64,000 nucleotides of DNA from an uncultured Micavibrio sp. (GTDB lineage Bacteria > Pseudomonadota > Alphaproteobacteria > Micavibrionales > UBA2020), in NCBI GenBank assembly GCA_964575605.1, contig CAZNRN010000006.1:6849-70848 (forward strand). The letters are read 5' to 3'. How positions within the stretch are numbered: position 1 is the stretch's first letter; each line of letters begins with the position of its first letter. Below are positions 1-12,877 of the stretch, piece after piece. The notes beneath the pieces were generated by a model that saw only the letters and a program-made list of their open reading frames with translations, had not been told where the DNA came from and did not search any database. Position numbers and translations under genes: made by a program.

Positions 1-1902
1 GTGATGGTTGACCTGCCGCGCCCGCTGCCCAAGCCCGAGCAGCAGAACGTGGTGATGGCGCTGTCCGAAGACGCCAAACAGGCCGAGGCCGAGCGCATCA
101 TCGCCGCCGGCGAGGCCGAGGCCGCCGCCAGCCAGCAGGCGAAAAGCGAAACCGTGCGCCTGCCGTCTGTGCTGCTCGAGAAAAAACCCACGCTGATGAC
201 CCGCGTCTTCGGCCCCGGCAAGCGGTTGTCCGACGACGACGCGGCCCGTTATGCGCATATCTTCGCTTTCCAGGACGTGGGCGATTTTGCCCGCGCCAAT
301 ACCGAGATTGAAAAGCTGTCCGACCTGCGCCTCATCGGCCATGTGCTGCAGCAGCGCTACATGAGCGCCGATTACGCGGCGAGCTATACCGAGCTGACCG
401 ACTGGATGAAGAATTTCGCCGACCTGCCGGGCGCGCAGAAAATCTACGACCTCGCCATGAAAAAACGCCCCAAGGGCGCGGCGCAGCCGGTTGCGGTGAA
501 ATCCAGCCGCGGCGTCTACGCGATGCACGACTTCGACGTCGGCCAGCTGGCGCAGTCCTACATGGGCGAACAGCGCCAGGGCCCGCGTGAGCGCGACCTG
601 ATGAAATCCATCAGCCTTGTCGTTTCGGGCAGCCCGACGCTGGCGCTGAAACGCCTCGAAAAAGACGAAGCGAAAACCATCTTCGACGCCGCCGAATATG
701 ACTCGCTGAAAGGCAATATCGCGGCCTCGTACTTCTACAACGGCAAGATCGAAAAGGCCTATGAACTGGCTTCCACCTCCGCGCTGCGCTCGGGCGCCGA
801 CGTGCCGCAGGCAGGCTGGATCGCGGGCCTTGCCGCCTGGCGCCTGAAAGACTACAAGGCCGCCGCAAAACATTTCGAAACCGCCGCAAAATCGCAGCGT
901 TCATCCGCCTGGATGACGGCCGCCGCCGCCCACTGGGCTGCGCGTTCGCACCTGCGCGCGCGGGAGCCGCAAAAAGTCGGCTACTGGCTGCGCAAGGCGG
1001 CTGAATATCCGCGCACCTTCTACGGCATCATTTCCATGAAAGCGCTCGGCATGGAGCAGGCGCGCTTCAACTGGGAAGTGCCCGAGATGACCGACAAGCA
1101 CGTCAAGGTGCTGGCAGGCATGCCCGCCGGACGCCGCGCCATGGCGCTGATTGACGCCGAGCGCCCCGACCTCGCCGAGGCGGAACTCCGCCAGATGAAC
1201 CCCGCCGGCAACGAAGTGCTGCAGGAAGCCATGATCGCCATGGCCGCCGAAAACGGCATGCCCGCGCTCGCCATGCGCATGGGATCATCCTTCAAGGGCA
1301 AGGGCGGCAGGCTTTACGACGCAGCCCTTTATCCCGACGCGCCCTGGGAGCCGGTGAAAGGCTTCTATGTCGACAAGGCGCTGGTCTATGCCTTCATCCG
1401 TCAGGAATCGAAATTCGAACCTGCCGCCGCGAACCGCTCCTCTGGCGCGACCGGCCTGATGCAGCTGATGCCGGGCACGGCCAAACACGTCGCGCGCGCG
1501 CACGGCGACAACATCGTGCACGAAAAGCTGCAGGACCCGATGCTCAACATCGACCTCGGCCAGAAATACCTGCACGAACTGCTGAACAACGGCGTCGTGG
1601 GCAACAACCTGTTCAAGCTCTGCGTCGCCTATAACGCCGGCCCCGGCAAGCTCGCGCGCTGGGAACAGGAAGCCAATTACCCCGATGACCCGCTGCTGTT
1701 CATCGAAAGCATCCCCGCCGCCGAGACCCGCATCTTCGTCGAACGCGTGCTGACCAACTACTGGATCTACCGCCTGAAATACAAACAGGACCTGATCTCG
1801 CTCGACCGCGTGGCGGAAGGCACCTGGCCGGTTTACGTGGCGCAGGATAACACCCGCCGCGGCTCCATCTTCGCCTCCGCCGGCAACGTCCTCACCCGCT
1901 GA
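1..1902 (+). CDS. Soluble lytic transglycosylase (SLT domain with helical/TPR-like N-terminal part); may start upstream of the window
   Basis: SLT motifs ALVYAFIRQES (catalytic Glu), GATGLMQLMP, NIDLGQKYL, AYNAGPG, IPAAETRIFV. Confidence 0.88.
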   Translation: MMVDLPRPLPKPEQQNVVMALSEDAKQAEAERIIAAGEAEAAASQQAKSETVRLPSVLLEKKPTLMTRVFGPGKRLSDDDAARYAHIFAFQDVGDFARANTEIEKLSDLRLIGHVLQQRYMSADYAASYTELTDWMKNFADLPGAQKIYDLAMKKRPKGAAQPVAVKSSRGVYAMHDFDVGQLAQSYMGEQRQGPRERDLMKSISLVVSGSPTLALKRLEKDEAKTIFDAAEYDSLKGNIAASYFYNGKIEKAYELASTSALRSGADVPQAGWIAGLAAWRLKDYKAAAKHFETAAKSQRSSAWMTAAAAHWAARSHLRAREPQKVGYWLRKAAEYPRTFYGIISMKALGMEQARFNWEVPEMTDKHVKVLAGMPAGRRAMALIDAERPDLAEAELRQMNPAGNEVLQEAMIAMAAENGMPALAMRMGSSFKGKGGRLYDAALYPDAPWEPVKGFYVDKALVYAFIRQESKFEPAAANRSSGATGLMQLMPGTAKHVARAHGDNIVHEKLQDPMLNIDLGQKYLHELLNNGVVGNNLFKLCVAYNAGPGKLARWEQEANYPDDPLLFIESIPAAETRIFVERVLTNYWIYRLKYKQDLISLDRVAEGTWPVYVAQDNTRRGSIFASAGNVLTR

Positions 1903-2465
1903 TGCATCCCGCACTTCTTGCCTGCGCATGGCTGTGGGCGGCTTGGGCCTTTATCTGGGTCGTCACCGCGCAATTCACGCTGAAAATGAAAAAGAACGAA
2001 ACGGTCGCGCGGCTGCAGCATACCGTGCCGACCTTTATCGGCCTCGTCACCGTCTTTCATAACGGACAGGTGCCGGAAATCGCGCTGGGGCAGGCCTATG
2101 ACAGCGACATCCTGCGCTGGATGGGCGTTGCGGTTACCATCCTCGGGCACGCCTTTTCCATCTGGGCGCGCAAGCATCTCGGAAAATACTGGAGCGGCAC
2201 GGTCGCGCTGAAACACGGCCATAAAATCATCGACACCGGCCCCTACGCGCTGGTGCGGCATCCCATCTATACAGGTTTATTGCTGGCATCCTTCGGCAGC
2301 GCCATGGCCGCGGGCACCTGCGAGGCCTTTATCGGCGTCGCCATCATGATTCCCGCCTACTGGATAAAATGGAGGCGCGAAGAAAAAATCATGACGCAGG
2401 AATTCGGCGCACAGTACACGGCCTATATGGCGCGCACCAAAGCGATTATTCCCTACGTCATTTAA
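1902..2465 (+). CDS. Isoprenylcysteine carboxyl methyltransferase (ICMT/Ste14/PEMT)-family membrane methyltransferase
   Basis: Several TM helices, HKIIDTGPYALVRHPIYTG, REEKIM..EFGAQYTAYM; start overlaps the SLT stop (TGATG). Confidence 0.82.
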   Translation: MHPALLACAWLWAAWAFIWVVTAQFTLKMKKNETVARLQHTVPTFIGLVTVFHNGQVPEIALGQAYDSDILRWMGVAVTILGHAFSIWARKHLGKYWSGTVALKHGHKIIDTGPYALVRHPIYTGLLLASFGSAMAAGTCEAFIGVAIMIPAYWIKWRREEKIMTQEFGAQYTAYMARTKAIIPYVI

Positions 2466-3256
2466 GCCGACAGGATTTCACACAAGCGGTCATGCAGCGG
2501 CCTGTCGCCGCAGGCGACAACCTCCTGCGATTCAAACGACAGGTCGAGGGGCAGGGGATTGCCCATCCAGTTGGTAATGACGCCGCCCGCGTTCTCGACG
2601 ATGGGGATGAGCGCGGCGTAGTCGTGCAGCTTCATATGCGCCTCCACCACGCCGTCCAGCCAGCCGCCCGCCAGCTGGCCGTAAGAATAGCAATCGCCGC
2701 CGTAGAGCGTGAAGCCGGTTTCTTCCTTCAGGTAGGTATAGAGTTTCAGGTAATCCTCGAACTCGAACATATCGGGGCCGGTGGTGCTGACATTGGCGCG
2801 GCTGATATCCTTGCAGGGGCGGCATTTCACCTGCTTGCCGTTGAGGGTAGTCCCGTGGCCGCGCGCGCCAATCCAGCGTTCCTTGTTAATCGGCTGGTCG
2901 AGCAGCCCCGCCACCGCCTCGCCCTCGTGCGCGAGGCCGATCAAGGTGCCGAACAACGGGCGTCCGGTCGCAAAGGCCTTGGTGCCGTCGATGGGGTCGA
3001 GTATCCAGACCCAGCCGGTCGAGCCCGCGTCGGAGCCGAATTCCTCGCCATGGATGCCGTCGCCCGCACGTTCCTTTTCAAGGATGGCGCGGATGGCCAG
3101 TTCGGCCTCTTTGTCGGCAATCGTCACTGGGCTGTCGTCCTGCTTGCCCTCGATATGAAAACCGGTGCGGAAGTATTTCGACACCACCCCCGCCGCGGCA
3201 TCGCCCAGGCGATGCATCAGGGACAGGATTTCGGGGGAAACGGGCGGCTTGGCCAT
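2462..3256 (-). CDS. hisN: Histidinol-phosphate phosphatase, inositol monophosphatase family
   Basis: SPVTIADKEAE, GEEFG, WILDPIDGTKAF, YGGDCYSYG, LHDYAA; start taken as ATG 3256 (MAKPP). Confidence 0.8.
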   Translation of the reverse strand: MAKPPVSPEILSLMHRLGDAAAGVVSKYFRTGFHIEGKQDDSPVTIADKEAELAIRAILEKERAGDGIHGEEFGSDAGSTGWVWILDPIDGTKAFATGRPLFGTLIGLAHEGEAVAGLLDQPINKERWIGARGHGTTLNGKQVKCRPCKDISRANVSTTGPDMFEFEDYLKLYTYLKEETGFTLYGGDCYSYGQLAGGWLDGVVEAHMKLHDYAALIPIVENAGGVITNWMGNPLPLDLSFESQEVVACGDRPLHDRLCEILSA

Positions 3257-3407
3257 GGTAAAACCTCTTAAAAACCCTATATTTTTATGAATAATTTGCG
3301 TCTCTCGCGCTAAAAGTATTATATTTGTTGGCGCCATAAAAGCAGAATTAAAAAATTAACAAGCTTGGCGTAAATTAAAACACGGCAAATTTCTAAAAGA
3401 GGGCACC

Positions 3408-6068
<2,661 letters not shown>

Positions 6069-6182
6069 GCCCTCTATTCCTTTGATGTGGCTTGAAAAAG
6101 CCGTTTAGCGCGCCTCGCGCTAAGCGAAGCTTAAGCATAATTTAGTATAATAATGCAGCTGTTCTCATGGGCGGGCAGAGGC

Positions 6183-8348
6183 ATGGCTGGTGATAAACTC
6201 ATCAAGGGTTGGAAGGCAGCGCAGACGGTCATAGCGCCGCGCGACGGTACAGCCGTGATCGATATCCATGGCCGCAGCATCCCCGATCCCTTCCGCCCGC
6301 TTGAAAACAAAAACACCTCCGCCGCCTGGGTCCGGGTGGAAGAAGAAAACTTTCAGGAGAGTGTTTCAGCGGAGGGGCAGGCCGCTTTCGTGCAGGCCGC
6401 CGCCGGTTTCCGTGACGAGGTGCAGAAGGGCGTGCCGGTCAAGGCCGGCGACAACTATCTTTTCTATTACCGCGGCAAAGGCGAGGCCCAGGCGCGCGTA
6501 ATGGTTTCCGACACGCCGGACGGCGAGGGCCGCACGCTCATCGACCCGCTCGCCATCGACCCTTCCGGCAAGACGGGTGTCGAAGCCTATCCCAGCCCCG
6601 ATGGAAAATATGTCGCCTGCCGCATCCGCCGCGCCGACATCTGGGAGTCGGAGGTGCGCGTCGTCGAGGTCGAAACAGGCAAGACCCTCGATGAAAAGTT
6701 CAAGGACGCCGGCACTATCGTCTGGGACAAGGACAGCAGGGGCTTCGCCTACAACTACCGCCCCGAACCCGGCAAAAGCGGCCGCGTCACCTATGGCCAC
6801 CATGTGCTGGGGCAGGATTGCGCCGCCGACAAACCGTATTACGACGCCACCACGCGCGAAGGCCCGACCGCCCAGCCCGGCTACGGTTTCCATTACAACC
6901 ACATGGCTTATGACGGGCCGCAGGAATGGGTTTACTGGGGCATGGCTGTCGGCACGCGCGACCTGAAGCCCGGCATCAGCATGAAATCGCCCGGCGACGA
7001 TTATTTCCGCGTGCTGGTCGAACCCGGCACGGCGGATGTCAGCCCGGTCGGCGACAACGGCAGCGGAAAAATCATCGCCTGGACGACCGAGGGGGCGGAA
7101 AAGGGCAGGGTCGTCCTGATCGACCCCGCAAATCCGGCGCCCGGAAACTGGCAAACGCTGATCCCCGCGCAGGACGACGCGCTCCAGCATGCTTTCGTGC
7201 ATGGCGGGCGCATCTACGGTGTTTACATGCACGACAGCGCCGACCGGCTCAGCGTTTTCAGCAAGCAGGGCGAACATATCACCGATGTCGACACCGGCCA
7301 TGCGCGCCTGATATTCGGGCATGCGCAAAACGCCGGCCTTGCGCTGGGCGGCAACCTGCCTGCGCAAGGGGGCGAACTGCTGTTCAGGGCGGAAACCTAT
7401 ACGGGCACGCCGCGCGTCATGGCCTATAACCCCGATGCCAACGCGGTCAGGCCGCTCGATCCCGGCATGGCGGGCCTGCAGCTGGACGGTTGCATAGTCG
7501 AGACGATCCACGCCACATCGCCCGACGGCACAAAAGTGCCGATCACGGTCATCCGCCGCGAAGGCGTGCAACTCGACGGCAGCGCGGCGCTTAAAATCAC
7601 CGGCTACGGCGGCACCGGATGCTCGCAGGGCCCGGGCAGCGATCCCGAAGTGATCGACTTCGTGAAGTCTGGCGGCATTTATGCCGTCGCCCATATCCGC
7701 GGCGGCAGCGAGCTCGGCAAGGCATGGCATGACGGCGGCCGCGGCGAAAACAAGGAAAACTGCATCGAGGATTTCAACGCCTGCGTAAGGCACCTCGTCG
7801 ATCAGCGCTACACCTCGCCGCAGCGCTTGGTGGCGCAGGGGTTCAGCCACGGCGGTTTCGTGGTGCTGGGCGCCATGGAGCGCGAACCCGCGCTTTACGG
7901 CGCGGTGATCGCCGGCTGCCCGCTGACCGACCAGCTGCTGCGCGACCGCACCGTCAGCAGCGACGAATTCGCCGACCCCTACGCCAGCCCGCGCAACCTC
8001 GACATCGCGCTGAAAACCTCGCCGCTGCACAACATCACGCCCGGCGCGAAATACCCGCCGGTGCTGGTGCATACCGCGGAAAACGATTTCCTTTACGCCC
8101 ATTCGCTGAAATTCGTGGCAGCGCTGCGCGCGCTCTGCCCGGACGTGAAAGCGCTGCTGCATGTCGAAAAAGGCTATGGCCATTCCATGGACCGCCCGCC
8201 CGAAATCGAGGCGGACGAGGGCGCAAAGCGCCGTGCCTTTGTCGAGCAGGCCATCGGGCCGATCGGGCAGGATGCCTGGCAGGCAACGCAAAAACCCGCC
8301 ACTGCGGGCAAGGTGACGGCGAAGGCCAAGCCCTCCCCCGCGCGTTAA
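6183..8348 (+). CDS. Divergent prolyl oligopeptidase-family (S9A) serine peptidase
   Basis: N-terminal IPDPFRPLE, beta-propeller region, HIRGGSELGKAWHDGGR, nucleophile GFSHGG, acid ENDF, His in KGYGHS. Confidence 0.85.
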   Translation: MAGDKLIKGWKAAQTVIAPRDGTAVIDIHGRSIPDPFRPLENKNTSAAWVRVEEENFQESVSAEGQAAFVQAAAGFRDEVQKGVPVKAGDNYLFYYRGKGEAQARVMVSDTPDGEGRTLIDPLAIDPSGKTGVEAYPSPDGKYVACRIRRADIWESEVRVVEVETGKTLDEKFKDAGTIVWDKDSRGFAYNYRPEPGKSGRVTYGHHVLGQDCAADKPYYDATTREGPTAQPGYGFHYNHMAYDGPQEWVYWGMAVGTRDLKPGISMKSPGDDYFRVLVEPGTADVSPVGDNGSGKIIAWTTEGAEKGRVVLIDPANPAPGNWQTLIPAQDDALQHAFVHGGRIYGVYMHDSADRLSVFSKQGEHITDVDTGHARLIFGHAQNAGLALGGNLPAQGGELLFRAETYTGTPRVMAYNPDANAVRPLDPGMAGLQLDGCIVETIHATSPDGTKVPITVIRREGVQLDGSAALKITGYGGTGCSQGPGSDPEVIDFVKSGGIYAVAHIRGGSELGKAWHDGGRGENKENCIEDFNACVRHLVDQRYTSPQRLVAQGFSHGGFVVLGAMEREPALYGAVIAGCPLTDQLLRDRTVSSDEFADPYASPRNLDIALKTSPLHNITPGAKYPPVLVHTAENDFLYAHSLKFVAALRALCPDVKALLHVEKGYGHSMDRPPEIEADEGAKRRAFVEQAIGPIGQDAWQATQKPATAGKVTAKAKPSPAR

Positions 8349-8465
8349 GCTCATTTAAAACTAATAATTACAATAGCTTAAAGGTAATTGATTTTGCCTA
8401 AGAAAGCCTATATAGAATTCATGCACTAAATGACTGTTCAAGAAAAACCGAGGGAATGAAACGCC

Positions 8466-8894
8466 ATGGGCGCAGCCAAAGAACGTACACTGTCCATCAT
8501 CAAGCCGGACGCAACCCGCCGCAACCTGACGGGCAAAATCAACGCGAAATTCGAAGACGGCGGCCTGCGCATCGTTGCGCAAAAACGCCTGCACCTCACC
8601 GAAGAACAAGCGGGCAAATTCTATGAAGTCCACAAAGAGCGTCCCTTCTACAAGGACCTCGTGAACTTCATGATCTCCGGCCCTGTCGTCGTGCAGGTGC
8701 TGGAAGGCGCCGACGCCGTAGCCGCCAACCGCAAGATCATGGGCGCGACCAACCCCGCCAACGCCGATCCCGGCACGATCCGCAAGGAATTCGCGGAATC
8801 GATCGAAGCGAACTCGGTGCACGGCTCCGACAGCCTCGACAACGCCAAGCGCGAGATCAACTTCTTCTTCGCCGAAACCGAAATCGTCGGCTAA
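8466..8894 (+). CDS. ndk: Nucleoside-diphosphate kinase
   Basis: [29 protein letters not shown]. Confidence 0.98.
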   Translation: MGAAKERTLSIIKPDATRRNLTGKINAKFEDGGLRIVAQKRLHLTEEQAGKFYEVHKERPFYKDLVNFMISGPVVVQVLEGADAVAANRKIMGATNPANADPGTIRKEFAESIEANSVHGSDSLDNAKREINFFFAETEIVG

Positions 8895-8913
8895 GGCTGA
8901 AGGGATATGATTT

Positions 8914-8943
8914 AAAAACCCGCCGGGCGACCGGCGGGTTTTT
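8914..8943. terminator. Rho-independent terminator after ndk
   Basis: aaaaacccgccgg-gcga-ccggcgggttttt perfect hairpin with T tract. Confidence 0.9.
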
Positions 8944-9028
8944 CTTTTGGAAACCGTGCCGAACCAAACCTTCCCACAGCCGTTATTAAAGGCTATAAAT
9001 GAGCATCCGTTTCAAAAGGAATCCCGCC

Positions 9029-9580
9029 ATGAAAAAAGCAGCCCTTCTCGCCACCGCCGTCCTGTTCCTCGCAACCGCGCCCGCGCGTGCGGAGGAAGCG
9101 GCGCCGCTGGTGACGCCCACGCCCGCGCCGGTGAAGGCCGAGGCGAAACTGCTCGACAACGCCGGCAAGGAAACCGGCACGGTCAATATCACCGAAACGA
9201 AAAAGGGCAGGCTCTTCTCAATCTCCGTCACCGGCCTTACGCCCGGCTGGCACGGCGTTCATATCCACGGCACCGGCGATTGCTCCGACCACGAAGGCCA
9301 TTTCAAGAAAGCGGGCGGCCATGCCGCAGCCGAAGGGCAGAAGCACGGATTTTTGAGCGACGAAGGCCCGCATGACGGCGACCTGCCGAACCTCTGGGTC
9401 GCAGCCGACGGCGCGGGCAAGGCGGAATACTATTCCGAATCCGCCGCGCGCACGATGCAGGACCAGGACGGTTCCGCCCTCATGATCCACGCCGGCCCCG
9501 ACGACTACACGACCGACCCCTCGGGCAATTCCGGCGACCGCGTCGCCTGCGCCGTGATGACCGAAAACAAGGCCAAGTAA
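9029..9580 (+). CDS. sodC: Periplasmic Cu/Zn superoxide dismutase
   Basis: Sec signal peptide; GWHGVHIHGTGDC, AGGH, PHDGDLPNL, ALMIHAGPDDY, GNSGDRVAC. Confidence 0.92.
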   Translation: MKKAALLATAVLFLATAPARAEEAAPLVTPTPAPVKAEAKLLDNAGKETGTVNITETKKGRLFSISVTGLTPGWHGVHIHGTGDCSDHEGHFKKAGGHAAAEGQKHGFLSDEGPHDGDLPNLWVAADGAGKAEYYSESAARTMQDQDGSALMIHAGPDDYTTDPSGNSGDRVACAVMTENKAK

Positions 9581-9734
9581 GCAATTCCGTGCATCGGGAT
9601 AGGCGCTGGCCGTGACTTACCCGCAGCGCCACGCCCGCTTCTTTCGTTATGTAAAATAAAATACCCGTCTCTGCCACTTTATCCTGCACTTTTACCGTAA
9701 TCTGTTGTATATAAGCTGCCGAGCAGGGGCGGGC

Positions 9735-12047
9735 ATGAAGCATAACCTCAAAATCGCGGAACAGCAGGTTCCGGTGGCGGCTGATCTTCCGCCGCCGCGC
9801 CGCAAATCCGTGTCGAAACAGATGCAGGAAAGGTTCGAGAACCGCAAGATATGGCGGCGCACGCTTTCCTTCGCCTATATCGCCCTGCTCTGCGTATACC
9901 TGGGCTGGCGCTTCACCATCATCAACCCGCAATCGCTGGCGCTTTCGATCCTTTATTACGCGACTGACGTGATGGCCTTCCTGCTCAGCGTCACCTCCAT
10001 CGTCATCGTCTGGGATTACAGCCACCGCGAACCGCCACCCGCGCCGCAGGGCAAGACCGTCGACGTCTTCGTGCCGGCGTACAAGGAGCCGATCAACATC
10101 ATCCGCCGCACGGTGATGGCAGCGAAGGCGATATCATATCCGCATGAAACCTGGCTGCTCGACGACGGCAAGCGCGACGAATTGAAAGCCCTTGCGGCGG
10201 AGCTGGGCGTGCATTACCTGCGCCGCCCCGACAACCTGCACGCCAAGGCGGGGAACCTGAATTACGCGCTGAAGCATTCGACGGGCGAATTCGTCATGAG
10301 CTTCGACGCCGACCATATCGCGCAGCCGCATGCGCTCGACGTCACGCTGGGATTTTTCGCGGATGAAAAGGTCGCGCTGGTGCAGACGCCGCAGGATTTT
10401 TATAACACCGAGGCCTTCCAGTACATGCCCGCCAAACGCACCGGCGGCCTGTGGCACGACCAGTCGTATTTCTACAGCATCATGCTGCCGACGGGCGACG
10501 CGGTGAACGGCGCCACTTGCGTCGGCACGGGCGTCGTTTACCGCCGCAGCGCGCTCGAGCACGCAGGCGGCATCCCGACAGACACCGTGACCGAAGACCT
10601 GCACACATCGCTGAAGCTGCACCTGAAAGGCTACAAAACCGTCTACCTGAACGAGCCCATCGCCTATGGCATCGCGGCCGTGGACCTGGCCGAATTCACC
10701 ACCACGCGCCTGCGCTGGGGCCATGGCAACCTGCACGTGCTGGCGCATGAAAAAATCCTCACCTGCAAGGGGCTTACCTTCCGCCAGCGCCTGCAATATA
10801 TCGCCATGGCGCTTTACTATGTGGAAGGCATCCACCAGATGCTGCTGCTGGGCATTCCCATCATTTCGCTGATGACCGGCCTGCAGCCCTTCACCATCAC
10901 CATCTTCAACGTGCTGGTGGTGACGGTATTCCCCATTTTTGCCTATTTCGTGCTGCAGGAAATGGGCTGCGGCTTCTCGCGCCACTGGGCGAACGAGATT
11001 TTCAGCATGGCGCGCTGGCCCATCCTCGTGCGCTCCTGGGCGGGCATTACGCAGCGCCGCATACCATTCCGCGTATCGTCGAAAGCCATGAAGGGCAAAA
11101 CAGGCTGGCACCTGATGGTGCCGCAGCTGGCGGTGATTGTGCTAAGCCTCGCTGCGCTCGCTGCGGGCATTTACAAGCTGGACGGCCATTACGAATTCGG
11201 CCCGCTGTTCCAGTATATCGCCGGCATTTTCACCGGCCACATCCCGCAGGGCGTCGACGTGCATGCGGTGCTGAAGGGCGGCTATACGCTCGACTTCATC
11301 GGCATCGCGGGCTTCTGGGCGATCTATGGCGCCTGCCGCGCAGGTTATTTCGTGTGGAAGACATGGTCGGATGCGCGCAACAGCCACGACTTTTTCCGCT
11401 TCAAATTGCCGCTGCCCGCCAGCATCGACGGCGCGCCCGCTGGCCGCGTCAATGTCATCGCCGAAGACTGGGCGCGCATGGATATTTATCCCGGCCGCCC
11501 TGTCGCGCTGGGTGACGAACTTGCCGTCTCCGTCCACCTGCCCTCGGGGCCGCTGCCTCTGAAATTGCGCGCCGAAAAGATATCCGGCGGCGCGGTGGAG
11601 GGCCATCTGGCCTGGGAAGGGGAGGCGCAGCGCGACAAATTGGCCGCCGCGCTTTATTCCTGTGATTGGCACCGCGAATTCCTGACGCGCAACGCCTATT
11701 TCGTCACGCCGTCTGACGTTCTGCTCTCCTGCATCAGGCTGGAATCGCCCTTTACCGTGAAATACGGAGAATGGCAGGCAGCCCTGCTGGAGATACCCGC
11801 CGGAAATCCCCCCGCCGAAAAACTCTATGCCATTGCCGCGCCGCTTAAAAAGGACCCCGGGCGGGGCTCGCTGGTGACTTTCGGTTATTTCGCGCCGGGG
11901 ACGCGGATGACGGCACGGTTATTCACGGCCGGCGGGTTAAAGGACGCCATTTTCGACATTATGGAAGAAGAGGCGGTATCCTCCCTTATCCAGAAGGGTC
12001 TCGACGGCGCCACGCCCCGCCGTTACGCCATTAAAATAGTTGCGTAA
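9735..12047 (+). CDS. Processive GT2 polysaccharide synthase, cellulose synthase BcsA-like, with degenerate PilZ-like C-terminal region
   Basis: VDVFVPAYKEP, LLDDG, HAKAGNLN, FDADH, VQTPQDF, VTEDL, TRLRW (QxxRW position), multiple TM helices. Confidence 0.85.
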   Translation: MKHNLKIAEQQVPVAADLPPPRRKSVSKQMQERFENRKIWRRTLSFAYIALLCVYLGWRFTIINPQSLALSILYYATDVMAFLLSVTSIVIVWDYSHREPPPAPQGKTVDVFVPAYKEPINIIRRTVMAAKAISYPHETWLLDDGKRDELKALAAELGVHYLRRPDNLHAKAGNLNYALKHSTGEFVMSFDADHIAQPHALDVTLGFFADEKVALVQTPQDFYNTEAFQYMPAKRTGGLWHDQSYFYSIMLPTGDAVNGATCVGTGVVYRRSALEHAGGIPTDTVTEDLHTSLKLHLKGYKTVYLNEPIAYGIAAVDLAEFTTTRLRWGHGNLHVLAHEKILTCKGLTFRQRLQYIAMALYYVEGIHQMLLLGIPIISLMTGLQPFTITIFNVLVVTVFPIFAYFVLQEMGCGFSRHWANEIFSMARWPILVRSWAGITQRRIPFRVSSKAMKGKTGWHLMVPQLAVIVLSLAALAAGIYKLDGHYEFGPLFQYIAGIFTGHIPQGVDVHAVLKGGYTLDFIGIAGFWAIYGACRAGYFVWKTWSDARNSHDFFRFKLPLPASIDGAPAGRVNVIAEDWARMDIYPGRPVALGDELAVSVHLPSGPLPLKLRAEKISGGAVEGHLAWEGEAQRDKLAAALYSCDWHREFLTRNAYFVTPSDVLLSCIRLESPFTVKYGEWQAALLEIPAGNPPAEKLYAIAAPLKKDPGRGSLVTFGYFAPGTRMTARLFTAGGLKDAIFDIMEEEAVSSLIQKGLDGATPRRYAIKIVA

Positions 12048-12164
12048 TTGCTACACTTCCACTCCGAGTTGCGCGACGAGCCCTGACAGCCGTTAACCTT
12101 GCCCTGCGGATAGATTATGGTCTTTCCAGTATAATAAGAACCAAGCTTCGAAAGGGCACATCAG

Positions 12165-12875
12165 ATGAAAACCAAATTTCTTGCAACTCTCCTCGCGGGC
12201 GCCATGCTGCTCGCACCCGCCGCGGCGAAAGCCGACTCTTCCGGCGTCTGGGCCGGCGCCGATTTCGGCCCCGACAGCTATTTCCTCTACCTCGGCGGCG
12301 TGACCGCCCTGCAAAACCAGGACATCCGCACGCAGGACGGCTTCCTGCTGCGCGGCAGCCTCGGCTTCGGCAACTATGATTACGATACGCCCGCCGTTCC
12401 CGGCGGCAACGTTGACTCCGACGTGTTCAGCGGCGACCTGATGGTCGGTTACGGCCACCACTTCGGCCCCCACACGCTCAGCTTCTACGCCGGTGGCGAG
12501 TTCCAGAACCACGATCCCTCGCCGAACGATCCCGGCAACAGCGTTGACGGCACCGAAGGCGGCGTGAAAGCGCAGCTGGAACTTAACGCGCATCCCGCCG
12601 AGAACTGCGTGCTGGACCTCGCCGGCAGCTACTCGACGGCTTTCGACAGCTACTGGAGCCGCGGCTTCGCCGGCTATGACTTCGGCCCCGTCACCATCGG
12701 CCCCGAAATCGGCTTCCTCGGCAACGAGGAATGGGACCAGGTCCGCTTCGGCGCTTCGGCCGGCGACGTCGACCTCGGCTTCGTCAACGCACGCGCTTAT
12801 GTCGGCTATGCCAACAACGACGGCCAGGGCGACGACGGCATGTACGGCGGCCTTGCCTTCGGCAAAGGCTTCTAA
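12165..12875 (+). CDS. Outer-membrane beta-barrel, cellulose biosynthesis protein BcsS-like
   Basis: Signal peptide, alternating beta-strand pattern (VWAGADF...YLGGVTAL...DGFLLRGSLGFGNYDY), C-terminal Phe; lies next to the BcsA-like gene. Confidence 0.65.
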   Translation: MKTKFLATLLAGAMLLAPAAAKADSSGVWAGADFGPDSYFLYLGGVTALQNQDIRTQDGFLLRGSLGFGNYDYDTPAVPGGNVDSDVFSGDLMVGYGHHFGPHTLSFYAGGEFQNHDPSPNDPGNSVDGTEGGVKAQLELNAHPAENCVLDLAGSYSTAFDSYWSRGFAGYDFGPVTIGPEIGFLGNEEWDQVRFGASAGDVDLGFVNARAYVGYANNDGQGDDGMYGGLAFGKGF

Positions 12876-12877
12876 GC

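Noticed and set aside
6131-6145. Additional CtrA-like sites (6131 TTAA-N7-TTAG; N6 variants near 8345 and 48361)
   Set aside because: Mismatch or wrong spacing in AT-rich intergenic DNA; expected by chance
12731-12877. ATG 12731 as start of the dehydrogenase small subunit
   Set aside because: It would overlap the bcsS-like gene by 145 nt and bury the twin-arginine motif about 55 residues in
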